DNA of 64,000 nucleotides from Nemertoderma westbladi (GCA_032718475.1 JAUCBJ010008258.1:45074-109073), one strand, 5' to 3'; positions 25,881-40,660 are shown, numbered from the stretch's first letter. Notes: generated by a model from the sequence alone, not told the origin. Translations and numbers: made by a program.

Positions 25881-26359
25881 ATTATGTGTGCATAGAGTTC
25901 AATCTATCCTGCTATTTCTAATTCAACACTTTCTGATGTGGTAGATGTAATCTTTAATATGTTTAGAACAATCAGGATACAATAAAACAAAGTGGTTCTC
26001 TAGAAGTTGTAGTACTTGTATAATTTAGTATTTACTTTGATAGTATAATCAACTGACATCGAATAAAGTAAAGTTATGAATTATAACAAACCTTATCAAT
26101 GTTTCCAGGTTGTCTAAATATTTTAACTGTTCTCAATAGAGATGTTACGTTAGTTAGTGTATCATCCTCCATTTTGGACTTTTTAAGTTTGTAACACAAA
26201 GTATTTCTAATGTTGGCCTATGTTGGAATTCTATCAGAATAGCCTAATTAAAATACATTTAACGTAAAGTTAATGTTTGAATTAGTTGTTATTGTAATTT
26301 TTGTAAGTATTGTATGTATTGTAACTCTTGTCATTAACTAACTATCAATACCTGACCTT

Positions 26360-28370
26360 TTCCAACCGAGTTGTTTAATATAAAACAGCGAACGCGAGCT
26401 CAATATATATACGCTGTACGGCGGTTAAAAAGACCAGGTTGACCAGGTTAAACGCGATAATTTGTTACATGCTTCGGTTATAGGTACAACAGATATTTTT
26501 GAGCAAATTCGTAATCTTCGGGGAAACATACGAATGAACAGTGGCTGTGTTAATGGTGAAACTGACCCAAAGTCTATTGCTGAGAATTTTGCAGGTGTTT
26601 ATAAGGTGCTGTATAATCAGAATGTTCATGATATTAGTTTGAATGAATTTAGTGAAATTGAGCGTGAAATTAATGTTAGGTTAGATGATTCTCCGCTAAT
26701 TTTTATTACTAAATCTATGATTCGAGAAGCCCTTCAGCATATGAAATGTAATAAAACAGATGTTGACTATAGTTTTGATTCAGATTGTATTATTAATGGT
26801 GGTGAATTATTAGAACAACATATTTGTACTTTATTTAATGGTTTCTCATTACATGGTTTAATCTCTAAATGTCTATTGTCAGTTGCATTTGTTAAGTGAG
26901 TTAAGGATAAGCTTGGGGATATTTCCTCAACGGATAATTACCGTGCTATAGCTATTGCTCATTATTTCTTAAATTATTTGAATGGGTAATAATTACTTCA
27001 GAAGGGAACAAGTTTAATTTAGATGATTTGCAATTTGGTTTTATGGCTAAATCTGGTACTAATATGTGCATGTGGACGGTAACTGAAGTTGTTAATTATT
27101 ATTTACACAATAATACCGCAGTTTACAGTTGCTTGATAGATTTTACTAAGGCATTTGATTTGGTTCAATGGAAACAACTTTTTTTGCAGCTTATAAAGAA
27201 AGGGTTTAATGTTTTGTTTCTAAGGTATCTTTTCTTTATTTATCGTAATCAGACGTGCTATGTACCCTGGAATAATTTAAAATCAGATAGTTTTAATATA
27301 ACAAACGGGGTTCGACAAGGTTCGATTATTTCACCGGGTCTCTTTTGTGTTATTCTAAATGTGCTTATTTTAAGACTTAAAGATGCAGATGTCGGTTGTC
27401 ATATCGGTAGGTTTTATTTTGGTTGCCTTGCGTAGGCAGACGATGTAATTCTTTTGTGCCCGTCTATTGCGGGACTTCAATTTATGTGCTCGTTTTTGTA
27501 AAGAATTTAAAATAAAGTTAAGTACGAATACAGACATTCAGAAATGTAAAACTAAATGTATACCTTTTGGGTTGGTTTGGCAACAACCGGCAGCGCTTAT
27601 TATTGTTAACGGTATTCGGTTACCATGGGTTGAGCAAGCGAAGCATCTAGGTGTTTGGTTACACTTCAAAGGTCATTTATCACATGATATTTTACAAAAA
27701 AGAGGTGCTTTCATTGGCAAACTATCAGGATTAAGGCGTGAATTTAGTTTTGCCTCTATAGGAAATATTCTACATATTCAAAAACTATACGCAACTAGTT
27801 TCTACGGTGGTGTTCTGTGGGACCTATGGTCGCCAGAATGCAATAAAATTTATACTGTGTTGAATTACAATGTGCGCAGTTTATGGGCTTTGCCATATAA
27901 TTCACATAGATATATATTGTAGAAAACATTGTTGATTTTATTCACCCTATGTGATGGTGATGTTATGTAAATGAGTAGTTGAGTTTTCAAAAAATTTGGG
28001 GTCTTCAGATAAATTATTGGTTAAATTTTTATGTGCATTGTGTGTAAATGACTCTCGTAGTCTTCTAGGTCTAAATATGCGTAGGATTGCTAATAATTGT
28101 AACATTAATTGTATAGATGATTTAACGCCAGAAAATATCGCTAGTACCAATTATGTGCATATTGGGGAGAAAATTTTTGGAAAATTCCACTGTGTATGGA
28201 ATTTGGTTACATTTTACAAAATGAGCTTATTTTAGACGGTTTTACTTTGTATGGAATTGGGTAATTCCACTTTGTATGGAATTGGGTTACATTTTACACA
28301 ATGAGCTTATTTTAGACGGTTTTACTTCTGATGAAGTACAAAGTATGCTCAATGAAGTTTCATACTCGTA
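26360..28370 (+). mobile_element. Degraded 5'-truncated LINE (RT domain, RTE-X-like; clade uncertain)
   Basis: NYRAIA, QFGF, IDFTKAFD, GVRQGSIISP, CLA*ADD and KHLG motifs with stops and frameshifts; an ~80-bp duplication near the 3' end. Confidence 0.88.
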
Positions 28371-28689
28371 ATTACTGTAATTTAATTATTTAGTTTTTAC
28401 AAATTAAATATAGTTATTGCACAAATGCAATTCTCCAGTGTTTTGAAACGGTGATGTGCGATTTAATATATTTTTTTTTGTGTATTGCTCTACCTGTGCT
28501 AATTAATTATAGTTATTTTTGATGTCTGTTTTTAGGCCCTTATATATATATATTTGTTTTTTGTTTCTTCCCTCATCTCTGTACTGGTGATCGATTGTTG
28601 ATACATTTACGTCATCATGTATGTTAATAATAATAATAATTAGTAGCAGTATATAGACTGTAGTCTAGAAATCATCAAATTTTTTGGAA

Positions 28690-28830
28690 CAGGCACTGTG
28701 AAATCAACTCTCTGACAGTCCAGAAATCATCAGTCTGACAGTTTGAAGAAATGCATTCATAAATAGTCATTCAGCGGAAAACAAAAGTCATTATGCAAAA
28801 TTCGTAAAAAAATGTGGACAAAAAGTCAAG
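28690..28830 (+). mobile_element. Isolated terminal fragment of a MULE-like element
   Basis: Similar to 49405-49560 (GAAATCAACT.TCTGACAGTCCAGAAAT..CAAAAGTCATTATGCA). Confidence 0.65.
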
Positions 28831-29719
28831 TATTAAGAATTACATCATATCATGACATTTTCTTATTAATATTGATTATCAATCAATTTATTTACTGGTT
28901 TTTTTTCATTTTTAATATTATTTTATTATTGGATAATATCATTTTATCTAATTATTATAATTATTTAATATAATATTATATATTAATTAATTCATTTATA
29001 AACTAAACTAAAATTGCAAAAGTTTTAGTCAAAATAAATTAGATCTCAATGAAATAATTGAGTTACTTCACAAATTCAACCACATATATTGTCGAATTGG
29101 CATCAATTGCTCAACTGCCCTAAACATCTGCACCATTTCAAAACATCCTGTCTCCTTCCCATAGAGCTCCACGCCTCTCTGTGTTCTCATAAAACACTGA
29201 GACAGCAGAAGACAGTTCTTAATTTTATTTATTATCTTCTGGCAGCATTGCTTATAGTGAGTGAACCGGAGTATGACGAAACGGAAGGATGGTGTACTCC
29301 CATTAATGGACTTTTGAGTGTTTTAGGAAAAGAACACAAAAGGACCATCCAAAAAGCCTTTTCAGAAGGGGGCATACCATCCTCATTCATTAAAACTCTA
29401 GGGCAGATACAACAATTACTTTACAGGTTGTACAATAAGATCGTTAAGTTTATTATAGAGTTGGAAAATATTTACTTTACAGATGTTATTTTCTACATGG
29501 TAGCATCCTTCAGGGCAGACTTCCAATAAACAATATACATATCAGTAAAATACTAAACTATCATTTCATTATTTATTTATAATATAAGTATTTAATTTGT
29601 TGCTTAGCAATGTACTGGACAATGGACATGTTTTAAAAAATGAACTATTAAAAACAGTGGGAAATTAAAAAACAAAAACAGTCAGTAGTTGGTAGGCCTT
29701 ACCAACAGGTCGGGAGGCT

Positions 29720-30520
29720 TGTTGTATTACTCTACTGCACCCAACCACCTGGCAACCCTGCACCATCCTCGAAGGCCTGGCCCTGGCTGCTTCTCCACTT
29801 TACCATGGAGCCACAAAGGCAGTGTAATCATTGAATGATTGACTGAATCATTGTACAGACCCAGCCCATCGTCATGTATGCCCCCATGACCTGTGTAGTC
29901 GGTCCGCAACCATTCAGAGTAGGTGGTTCTCGCCTGTGGGGCAAGGACTCCGTCACAGGAAGCCAGGAATGGAGAAAAATCCCCAAGACAAGATAGCATC
30001 TGTGTAGAGGCGCTTTTTCTCATCTTCGGCCAACTCAAGTACAGACATCAGGGTGCGACCAACATATGACTCGGCATCAAGGTTTACAACCCTAATATCT
30101 AACAATGCCTGAGTCTGTGGGTTTAATTAATGCACCCCGAATACACCGATTAATGTCGCACCGAAGAACTGCAGCCCCATCTACCCCCTGGCCCTCCCGG
30201 ACTACTAATTGCAGACAACGTTATGCAGCCCAAAGGCATGAACTGCAAGGTCACCAACAATGTCCCGAAGTTTGTTGTGTCGCTGGATAATGAGGCTGCT
30301 TTTTTTACAATTTAAACCATGATTTAAATCAAAGGCAGCCCCGCATCCATCGCACCACACTGGCTTGTCACTGACACCATGGGGCGGCCATAGCGGATCG
30401 CAAGTGTGTCTCAGAACTCCAGTGGGGAAAGATCGAGTTGGTGGCTGGCCAGAGGGAGGGAGGATATCCAACCGCTGCTCATGCGGAAATCGGTGGTGCG
30501 TTTTACTACCTGTCATCTAT
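29720..30520 (-). mobile_element. CRE-like (restriction-like endonuclease) non-LTR retrotransposon, 3' fragment
   Basis: CDGCGAAFDLNHGLNCKK..RHNKLRD zinc knuckle, followed by LRCDI..RG and LLDIRVVNLDAESY (PD-(D/E)xK-type region). Confidence 0.82.
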
Positions 30521-30526
30521 CTGACG

Positions 30527-31099
30527 AATACGTAAGGGAAAGGCATGGGCAGCCTTGAATAGGCTTTCCAGGATTTGGAAGTCACCGAGAATTAATCGGA
30601 AACTTAAGGTCAGATTATTTAGAGCAGCAGTAGTTCCAGTACTCCTCTATGGGAGTCCATGCTGGGCTCTAACTGCTGAGGACACCAAATCTCTGGATGG
30701 CACATTCACAAGAATGCTACGCCGGGTTCATTGTGTCAAGTACAATGCACACATCTCCAACCAGACACTATATAACATTGGAGGTGTCTCATTGGTCCCC
30801 CCAAGCTTGACACTAGAACAAAATCGCCTCCGCTTTGCAGGACATTGCTTTCGCCGTGAGGACCAGCCAGTGCATAATCTTGTACTTTGGCAGCCTCATG
30901 GAGTGAATAAGCATGGTGGACAGCCCATGCCTTTCTTGAGACGCATCTTAAAGGACACTGGCCTTAAAGATGCGGATGATCTAGCAAATGTCATGGGTGA
31001 TAGGGAGTTGTGGCGGTGCAATTTTGTTGGCAAGCCGGCACAGCATTCTTAAAAATGCAACTGCAATGCAGCATGCCGATCCTAGTAGTAGTAGTAGTA
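30527..31099 (+). mobile_element. 5'-truncated RTE LINE, same family as 5570-6262
   Basis: Near-identical peptide and (TAG)n tail. Confidence 0.92.
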
Positions 31100-31341
31100 T
31101 CTGATGACAGATCCTCCAGCACCGCATCCCAACTGTCATTCTCCCTTCCCAGCTGCTGCTCCCATCCCACTTTCAGCGCCCTCTGTATGCAGCCTAGGTG
31201 TTCTGTTAGGGAGAAATCTGATTCTGTTAGGAATCAAGTTATTTTCTAAATGGTTGGTCGTTCATTTAAATTTGTAGAACCAACTATCATGGCTGTCTAG
31301 GGGCGGCAGTATTACATAAAATGGTTCAAACATTGATATTG

Positions 31342-31510
31342 CTACTACTAGGATCGGCATGCTGCATTGCAGCTGAATTTTTAAGAATGCTGTGCCGGCT
31401 TATCGACAAAATTGCACCGCCACAACTCCCTATCACCCATGACATTTGCTAGATCATCCGCATCTTCAAGGCCAGTGTCCTTTAAGATGTGTCTCAAGAA
31501 AGTCATGGGC
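31342..31510 (-). mobile_element. Short RTE LINE 3' end, flanked by a 42-bp direct duplication
   Basis: Reverse complement of the family 3' end. Flanks 31302-31343 and 31529-31570 are identical. Confidence 0.88.
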
Positions 31511-32919
31511 GAATTTGATATTGCTGAAGGCGGCAGTATTACATAAAATGGTTCAAACATTGATATTGCTGAAAATGTGATAAGGGGAAAACTGATCGAA
31601 TGTTCTTTGTGATCCGCAAGGACCACAAAAGGACCTTTTTGTAGAACTAAAATATATTCCCAATTACTAATTGTATAAAATATGCAAGGAGAGGAGAGAT
31701 GAGCCCTGACTACTGTAGTCCCTTTGAAGCATGATTGCGAAACCAAAATTAAAACTATCCTGCACCTCTCAAAGAGTTCTATGCCACAACATCCGGATAG
31801 ATGCAATGCAAGGCCACACTAAACCATTAAGCCAAGGTGAGAGGCAAGGAGTTATTCCTGATAAGTTGATTTTTATCGAATACACACAATTTTATATGAA
31901 AAATCGTTGTGCTTGTGAATTAAGATTTGAGATAAGACTGTCTGTAGACATAACTACGTTCTCTTCAGCCTTTCAATTAAGACCACTAAATCAGACATCT
32001 AATTTTAACTAAAACCTCTACACTTACCGAGTTGTAAATTATTATAGAAACCTCTACACTTACGGAGTTGTAAATTATTATAGAGGAATTTAAAGATATT
32101 TATAAATTAATTTTAAATTTGAAAATAATATATATGTACTGAAAATATTTTTTATCACGATATTTTCTAGTAGGTGTACAAAATCACAAAGATGTGTTCT
32201 ATATTTATTCTTATACATGCTATTGACCTACCTACCACATTTTATTACTAAGCATTATACCAAAAGCAATTGATTATCTAAATAAAATGTTAAATATAAT
32301 TATGATGAAAAATCACAGTCCTCCACCCTAAAACAGTTATGCAATAAATGGTATCACTTCATACAGTATTATATACAGAAAATGTTTCACGCCCATCATA
32401 AATGGCAAATACGTATCAATAACGTTACTTATTTTTTATTTGTTACATGCACCTGGTCTATTCATATTAATTTTGCTTGTGGATTCTTTTCAGATAATTT
32501 GTGTGTATTTTTAACCTATCAGTTTTTAACAAGATCGAACATACCATTACCATTTTATTATTTTTATTCAACTGGAGTATTATAACGCTTATACTGTATA
32601 TTATATTATATTCAATTATGTTCTTAGTTTCTGCATCAATTACCTTCTATATTCATTTTATTTCAACTGGACATCGAACATTGTTGTAAATATTTAATAT
32701 TTAACACTAAAATTGCGTATATTATATTATGTACTAAATTGCCTATATTGTGTTAAACAGTAACAATTGCACTATGATGTCGTACTGTACTGTAGTTGTA
32801 CAAGCCATATACCTAACTGTAGTGATTTGTATTTATTTTACTTTGTAATCCGCTAATAAACAAGTTCAAGTTCAAGTACACCAGTGAGCTACCAATTTTT
32901 CTATCTTACATGATAAGAG

Positions 32920-33425
32920 GGTTTTATTACAGGAAAGTATTATAAATGAATTTTTAATAGAAGGTGCTGAAGTGTTAATTCCTATAATTACTACATTACT
33001 CAATGCCTCTTTACAAATTTGGTTATTTTAAGGAAAAATGGTCTATCGGTATCATAAAGCCTTTTTTTTTTAAATTGTGGGAGTAAATTAGACCCAACAA
33101 ACTATAGGGGTATAACGCTGCTAAGTGTAATGGGGAAAGTTTTCACTACAATATGAAACACTCGCCTTCAAAGATGGGCCGAAGCATTCGGAATTATCAT
33201 TGAAGCATAGGCAGCTTTGGGATAGGTAATGGTACCAGGGACAACATTTTTATTCTTAAGTCACTAATTATTGATCACTTTGTAGGGAATCCAATTTACC
33301 CAAAATTATATTGTTCATTCATTGATTTTCGTAAAGCGTTGGACTGTTGACAGGGGTGCATTATTGGTCAAATTAATTGCACTGGGCTTTTCCAGCAAAA
33401 TATTTTCTGTAATTAAGAGTCTGTC
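32920..33425 (+). mobile_element. Degraded LINE RT fragment
   Basis: DPTNYRGITLLSVMGKVFT, GTRDNIFIL and LYCSFIDFRKA. Confidence 0.8.
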
Positions 33426-34389
33426 TATATGTCTATATGTATATGGGGGCGGCAAAATGCGATATAATAACATCTCTCATCTGATATAATATCTCCATTG
33501 TATCTTTGACCCGTTTCCTGGATCCTTCAATAAATTGTTCCCATGAAAATCAATAGAATCCATAACTAAAAATCTAAAATAGGTGACACAGTGTGGCGGT
33601 ATGATAGGGTCTATTACCAGACTTCTGACAGGACAGTCCTCCTGCCCGTTAGAAGGGAAACCGAGAGTTTATTTTTTTTAATCGACTTTTAAAGGTCAAA
33701 GTTCAGAAATTTTGGAAAAATCACGTTTTTATCGTATGCGCTCAATTATCTCAAAAAAATCAAATACAAACCCTGCAATGTAGTGTGGGTTTTTTCTAGT
33801 TATATTTATAAATGATGCAAATTGTATCAAATTTTCAGATATCCAAAATTGGCCATTTTGGCCTGATTATATTTTCCCCAGAAAAATCGTCAAAATTTTT
33901 CGATGTCCTCATCAACACTTGTGTTGATGGGATTGGGGCTATAAAATATAATATGTTTATTACCATATCCCCTCCCCTCCTGTATGACTTCTAAATTAAT
34001 GCTTATTCCGTAACAAAGTTTCTTACCCTCTCGCTCTCTCTCTTCTCTCCCCCTACTAGCGCTCACAACCCTTGAAGGTGAAAACGGCGATCAATTTGGT
34101 TTGTTTATAGTGTTATTATCCATCCAACTGTTATATGGTACCTGCTGTATTTCAGTTGACATGAAAATCTTACTCCATTGCTTAATGGATGGTTAAATGT
34201 TAGCTGTCATCTTAAGTTTGCTAAGAGCTAAGCTTTATAAAGGACGAATTCCTATTGGTTGCTTTGTTGAAATGTTGATATTTTGTATTATGCCTGTTAT
34301 GTGCTAAAAACAGGACTCATCCTCACTCCTCTATGTATACTGCTATAGTCACCTAATAATACTCCGCTATACTCAGTTAATACAATACA

Positions 34390-37300
34390 GATTCACCTAT
34401 ACTCCTCAAGCTGGACAAATTCGAAGAGATAACCACTGAGGATGCAGCCAAATTTATCCATGGTTCAAAATCAAAAACAAGTCCACGAGATCCTATACCA
34501 ACACGTTAAGAACTTTAGACCCATATCACACTTTTGTTATATATTTCAAAGCTTGAAGAAAAAGTAGTTGCATATAACATTACACATATAAATCTTAACA
34601 GTCTTGACGAGGAAATGCAAAGTGCATATAAACAGTTCCATGGTACTTAAACAGTTTTACTTAATGTTATGGATGATATACTATATGGTATTGATGGCGG
34701 TTATCTGTCTGTTTATTGCCTTAAATCTGAGTGCTGCATTTGATACAGTAGAACATTCTAAATTACTTGAAGTTCTAGACCAAGCAAAGGCTGTGCCTGC
34801 ACTGGCATGGGTCCATTCTTATTTGAAAGATCGCACACAACAAGTACGTATTGGTGAATCATTCTCAAATATACTCCAATTAAGCTATGGTGTTCCACAG
34901 GGATCGGTGCTTGGGCCACTGCTGTTCAGAATTTACACTTTAACTCTTTCGGAGGTCATCAGGAAGCATGGGCTCAAATGTCATTTCTACGCTGATGACA
35001 CCCAGCTATACATAATATTCAAACGGAACGAAATATCAAACGCAGTGGAGCACGCAGACTGAAAAATGTCTGGATGGCTGAACACTTCCTGAAACTAAAT
35101 ACAGACAAGACTGAGATCCTCCTGCTCCAGTCGACATTTAGTGCTCAGGTTAATGTAAAATCAATCCATATCGGCAACGACAATGTTGCATGTAGTTCCT
35201 CTGCAAAGAATATTGAATTAATTATGGATTCGCATCTAACCCTTGAAAAACAGATAGGAGTTGTTGTTAGAGAATCTTTCTTCCATTTGCGTAATTTAGC
35301 ACGAATTAAACGTTACCTTAAGCAAAGATTCACTTGAGATATCAATTCATTGCTTTATTACTAACAAGCTAGATATAAATAACTCACTTTATTTTGGATT
35401 GTCCGCTAAGACATTGAAAAGACTCCAATTCGTACAAAATTCCGCAGCCCGGTTACTGTCTGGTATCAAGAAACATGACCACATTACGAGATCTCCACTG
35501 GTTACCGATCTGTCGTAGAATAGAGTTTAAGATTGCAATGATAACCTTCAAATGCCTTCATGGTACAGCACCAAGTTACCTGCGTAATCGCTTACATTGT
35601 ACAATCCCACGCACGAACTGCGTTCTACAGACAAGCAGTACAAGGACACAGCTGTAGGCCTGCCGACAATAAGACCAAGAAAGATACCGGTACTAGGCCT
35701 ATACAGTTTTTATCCCTGAGTCAGACTACAGCCAGACAGCACAATGTCCCCGCTCTTAATCTCCACAGTTTTCATCGTTCTGGGTCGTTTCGTTGTGGCA
35801 GAACCATCCGATCCGCGGGGTAACCCTGCAACCCACCCAATACCCGTATTGGACTGGTTTGCGGAACACCCTGTCGCTACCGTTTCGAACTGCCACGCCG
35901 AATCGACGGAGATGTGGTCGACGAGTGGATTTAGCCTCTACTGCTCTCGTCGGGGAAGAAGATCTTGGGTCTCCTCTCCACGATCTAGAGGCCTAATCGC
36001 TAAACTCTGTCTACTGTCTCTGGCTGGGGATATTGAGACCAACCCAGGACCCAGCAGGACGCCGGCCCCGAAGATCAACTGTCCCGTCTGTCAACGAGGA
36101 ACAAACTCTCGGAGTAAGATCGTCCAATGCGAGAGTTGTGACACATTTGTACATTTAAAATGTTACCGTAGGAAACGCAGTAATTTATTCTCCACCAGAA
36201 ACAATCTTGAACCAAGTTTTCTCTGCAATAGCTGTATTTTTACCGAACTTCCCTTTCATGATACAATTTTAGAATCAGAAACCGACGATTCATTTCTCAC
36301 ATCGCCTCTGCAAACTCCAAGTGATGCTGAGAGTGAAACTTTTAATTTTTTTAAGAAAAAAGGTCTGCATTTTTTGCACTTAAACGCACGATCTCTGCTT
36401 CCAAAACTTTCCGAAATTCGTATTTTAATCAATAAATCCAACCCAGCAGTTTTAACAATCTCTGAAACTTGGCTCGATGATAGTGTTTCTGATGGAGAAT
36501 TTTATATTGATAATTACGTAGTTTTACGTAAGGATAGGGACAGACACGGTGGTGGTGTCTGTACTTACATTCGATGTGATTTAGCTTTTAATCGTAGGGA
36601 AGATTTAGAGACTTGTGACGAAGTTTTACTGGTGGAAGGAACTTTTACTTCCTAAAACTAAACCTATTTTAATCGGTACTTTATATCGGCCCCCTAAACA
36701 ATCAGATTTTTTGCAAAATTTTGAAAATACAATTTTATGTAATCTTAGGTCAGACTGTGAAATATATTTCTTAGGTGATTTTAATATCTGTTACCATCAC
36801 AAAGCATCCCCCCATCTGTAAACAGTACCAAAGTATTTTAAATTTGTTTGGTTTAAAACAAATTATTCGAGATTCTACCAGAATTACCAGTAAAACTTCT
36901 ACTTTACTAGATCATATCCTTTGTAATAATACCGATATTATTTCTCAATCTGGGGTTTTACCTATAGGTCTAAGCGATCATTTTATAGTTTTTTGCACAA
37001 GAAAGACACAAAAATCTTTTTTCGGGGATCATAAAACAGTAACAGTTAGGTCTATGAAAAATTACAGCAAGGAACGCTTTTTAAGTTTGTTAGTTAATTC
37101 TGACTGGGAACCCTGTTTTAAGGCCGCTGACATTAACCTTGCGTACACTGTTTTTAAAGATATATTTTTAAAGGCACTTAATACTGTAGCACCAATTAAA
37201 GAAATTAGTCTTAAACAATGCACTGAGCCCTGGATGACCTCGGGTATTCTTAGTAATATCAGAGAAAGAGATAACTATTTGTATAAATTTAGGAAATACC

Positions 37301-39735
37301 GTGTTTTAGCTGATTATAATAATTACTGCAAATATAGAAACCTTGTCCAACGGGAAATAAAAAAAGCTAAATCTGAATATTTGTACAACAAAATAAGTGA
37401 GAATAAAGATAATCCAAAAAGTCTATGGTCTACCCTAAAATCTTTAGGTTATAAAAACCTTAAATCTAAATCGAATATTGTTCTGCAAGATAACGGTGAG
37501 CTGATTCATGATCATACTCTAGTTAGTAATTTATTTAATAATTATTTTACTAATGTTGCCTCTAATTTAGTTAAGAAATTACCGTTATCAAGTAATAAAT
37601 ATAGTATAGGGTCCGAAACTCTAAATAATTTTTATTTAGAAAAGTTACAAAATTCAGAGAAGTTATTTTTAAAACCTGTTTCTGAGGATTTCGTTTTTAA
37701 AAATCTACTTAGCCTATCAGCCTCAAAAAGTACCGGTCTAGATCTAATACCTGCCCGTTTTCTTAAGGATGGTGCTGAAGTACTTAAAGTGCCTATTACT
37801 TTTATTATTAATTACTCTATCATAGATAATGTAGTACCAGACGAACTGAAATTAGCTAAGGTTGTTCCTCTGTATAAAAAGAATAGTAAAGTAGAACCCT
37901 GTAATTACAGACCTGTTAGTATCTTAAGTATTGTATCTAAAATTCTAGAACGTTCTGTTTTTCTACAGCTGGAGGCACACATCTTAGTAGGCTAAATCTG
38001 ATCTATGAACTTCAGTCCGGTTTTCGTAAATCATATTCTACAGACACCTGCCTTATTAACTTAACTGATACAATTAGATGTAATAACGCAAAGGGTTTAT
38101 ATACTGGTATGGTAATGTTGGACCTACAAAAGGCTTTCGATACTGTAGATCACGAAATTCTGCTTGGTAAGTTAGGCCTGATGGGTGTAGGTTCTATAGA
38201 CTGGTTCAAGTCCTACCTGTCTGACAGAGGTCAAACTGTAGTCATTAGCAAATCGCTGTCTACTGTACAAGAGATTACCTGTGGTGTACCGCAAGGTAGT
38301 ATATTAGGTCCTCTGCTTTTTGTATGCTATGTAAATGATATGATAAGTAGTATAGATCCCGATTTTAAACTCATTTTATATGCCGACGACAGTGCTCTTA
38401 TTTTCTCTCATAAAGATCCTATCCATATTTCCCAAAAGTTAAGTGCAGTTCTAGAATCCTGTAATGAGTGGTTGGTTGATAATAAGCTATCCATTCACTA
38501 CGGTAAAACTGAAAGTATTTTGTTTGGTTCCAAAAGAAAGTTAAAGAAGGTAACTAAGTTTGAAGTCACTAGTAATGGACATAAGATTGAAAATAAAAAG
38601 GAAGTTAAATATTTAGGCGCCACATTGGATAACTGCTTATCAGGAGAAAGTACAGTGAAAAATATTTTCTCGAAAGTTAACAGTAGGCTTAGGTTTCTAT
38701 ACAGAAATAAAAATAGTTTGAACACCGACTCCCGCAAGTTACTTTGCTCTTCTTTAATACAGTGTCACATGGACTATGCATGCTCTTCTTGGTATGAAGG
38801 CTTAACCAAACAGCTTAAATGTAAATTACAAGTAGCTCAGAATAAAGTAGTACGATTTATTAAAGACTACAAACCTAGGCACCACCTAACTCCAGATGAC
38901 TTTTCTGAATCTGGACTACTTAACTTAGATAGTAGAGTTAAGCAGCTACGCCTTAACCATGTGCATAAAGTGTATAATGGTAAATGTCCCAATTACCTAA
39001 GACAAAAATTCAACAGAGTACGCGATACACACTCTTACAGTACCAGAGCTAGTGCTTCAAACTTCTACCTCCCGAATTGTAAATCCTTTGAATCTGATAC
39101 TTTCTTTTTTAACGGCATAAAAAATTGGAACGCTCTGCCTAATGAAATTAAAAACCTAAATAATCAACATTCTTTTAAATCTGCAGTTAAATCTCATCTC
39201 CGTGTGCAATGTAAAAATAGGTACAATAGTCCTACAGTAAGTTATTAGCTTATTAATTATTTACTATTTATACTGTAATTACGTTTTATAATAAATTGTT
39301 CTGTACATTACATCTTTATCGTTGAGTCGGGCATTGTCACGCTCTTGGTAAAGTTGTACATGTACATAGTGTAATTTACGTTTATATTGGTTTTAGGTTA
39401 GCGTAGTGTAATATTGTATTTGTAACCAAGTAACATAAAGGACCCCCTTGGAAATAAGCTGCAAAGCTTTAGGGGTAATCCTATATGTTATGTTGGACAA
39501 TACCTTTATACCGGTACATTGTTTGGTGTATTTGTTATTGTTTTTACATAATGTATAAATAAATCTATCTATCTAAGGGTCTACTTGTAATCCCACGCTA
39601 TCGCCTGGAACATTATGGTAAGCGAGCATTCTCAGTATCAGCCCCAACCATTTGGAATGCGCTACCTGATGACATACGAAACGCTGACTCCATTGGGATA
39701 TTCAAAGCGAAACTCAAAACATATCTTTACAGGCA
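34390..39735 (+). mobile_element. Old L2/CR1-group LINE (34390-35635 plus 39575-39735) interrupted by a younger LINE
   Basis: LSAAFDTVEH, GVPQGSVLGPLLF, FYADDTQLY and LHWLP. The peptide LRSTDK resumes as GLLVIPRYRLEHYGKRAFS after the insert. Confidence 0.88.
35636..39574 (+). mobile_element. Near full-length single-ORF CR1/L2-group LINE: hydrophobic leader, 2A peptide, PHD finger, APE, RT
   Basis: LLSLAGDIETNPGP; CPVC..CESC..H..C..CNSC; HLNARSL, ISETWL, GDFN, LSDH; [21 protein letters not shown]. Three frameshifts, an (ATCT)n tail and an AAG flanking duplication. Confidence 0.93.
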
Positions 39736-39960
39736 GGAATACTACAACAACACAACAACCAATTGAATTATTGATGCCATCACTACTCTGTGCAAATATT
39801 ATTTGTTAAAGAAATTTAACTCATTTATCGTCAAAGTATTTTTTATAATGTTGTTTTATTATGTACATGCAGGAAATCTACTTTTTACTTCTGACCCCTT
39901 GTTTAAAGTTCATAGAAAGGCACGATATAAATATTATTATTGTTATTATATACTCAGCTA

Positions 39961-40660
39961 TTAACCCACAGAATACTGATGGGATCCATTGGACCCCAAA
40001 CCATTTTAAACTGTCAGAACTTTTTTTTCTACAACTTGTGTGAACTCAAAATTCTACGAATTCGTGTATTTGGATGTAGTCCTCAATTGCAATGTGTTAG
40101 AATAATGTAATAATAATAATTTTTATTTTTATTTCAATTTTATTACTTTGGCCACGCGGATTACCAATTGGGGTCCATAGGACCCCAGCCGGTTTTACTA
40201 TTGATATCATCCTCAAATCACTCCAAATAGCTATAAAAGGATTTCCATGAAGTTTGTGAGACTTAGCAAGTAATGCGTCCCCGATGCGTGAAACTATTTT
40301 TCAGGATCATTGATGTTGCTGCGATTTCTGCATTTGTAATTTTTCGATTGAAGTTTCCTTCAGAACGTAGCAAGTCGACAAAACGTGATAGTTGCGTCGC
40401 ACATTTCTCTTATCCGTATCTGAGGAACTTATGAAGGAAGCTATTTCTGCTCGCAAAGTTCACCGCAACATACCATCAAATTCGGCTGCCATAATCACTG
40501 CTGCTCAAGCTCAATCGTCTACAAATAATAAACGTGCTGTTATTCAGGAGATGAACCATGTGACCAACCGACGATGTGATGGCTGCCATAGATCTTACGA
40601 CAAAAAGACTAGAACAATATGTCATAAATGCCTACGTAAAATATACCAATTTGTTACATT
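39961..40660 (+). mobile_element. Internally deleted piggyBac-like element (left end plus transposase C-terminus)
   Basis: TTAA|CCC terminus; palindromic GG.TCCAT.GGACCCC motifs near 39981 and 40170; FFRIIDVAAISAFVI..RRCDGC..CHKC. Confidence 0.75.

Noticed and set aside
29089-29529. 146-aa ORF or possible isolated exon
   Set aside because: No recognisable motif and no partner exons found.
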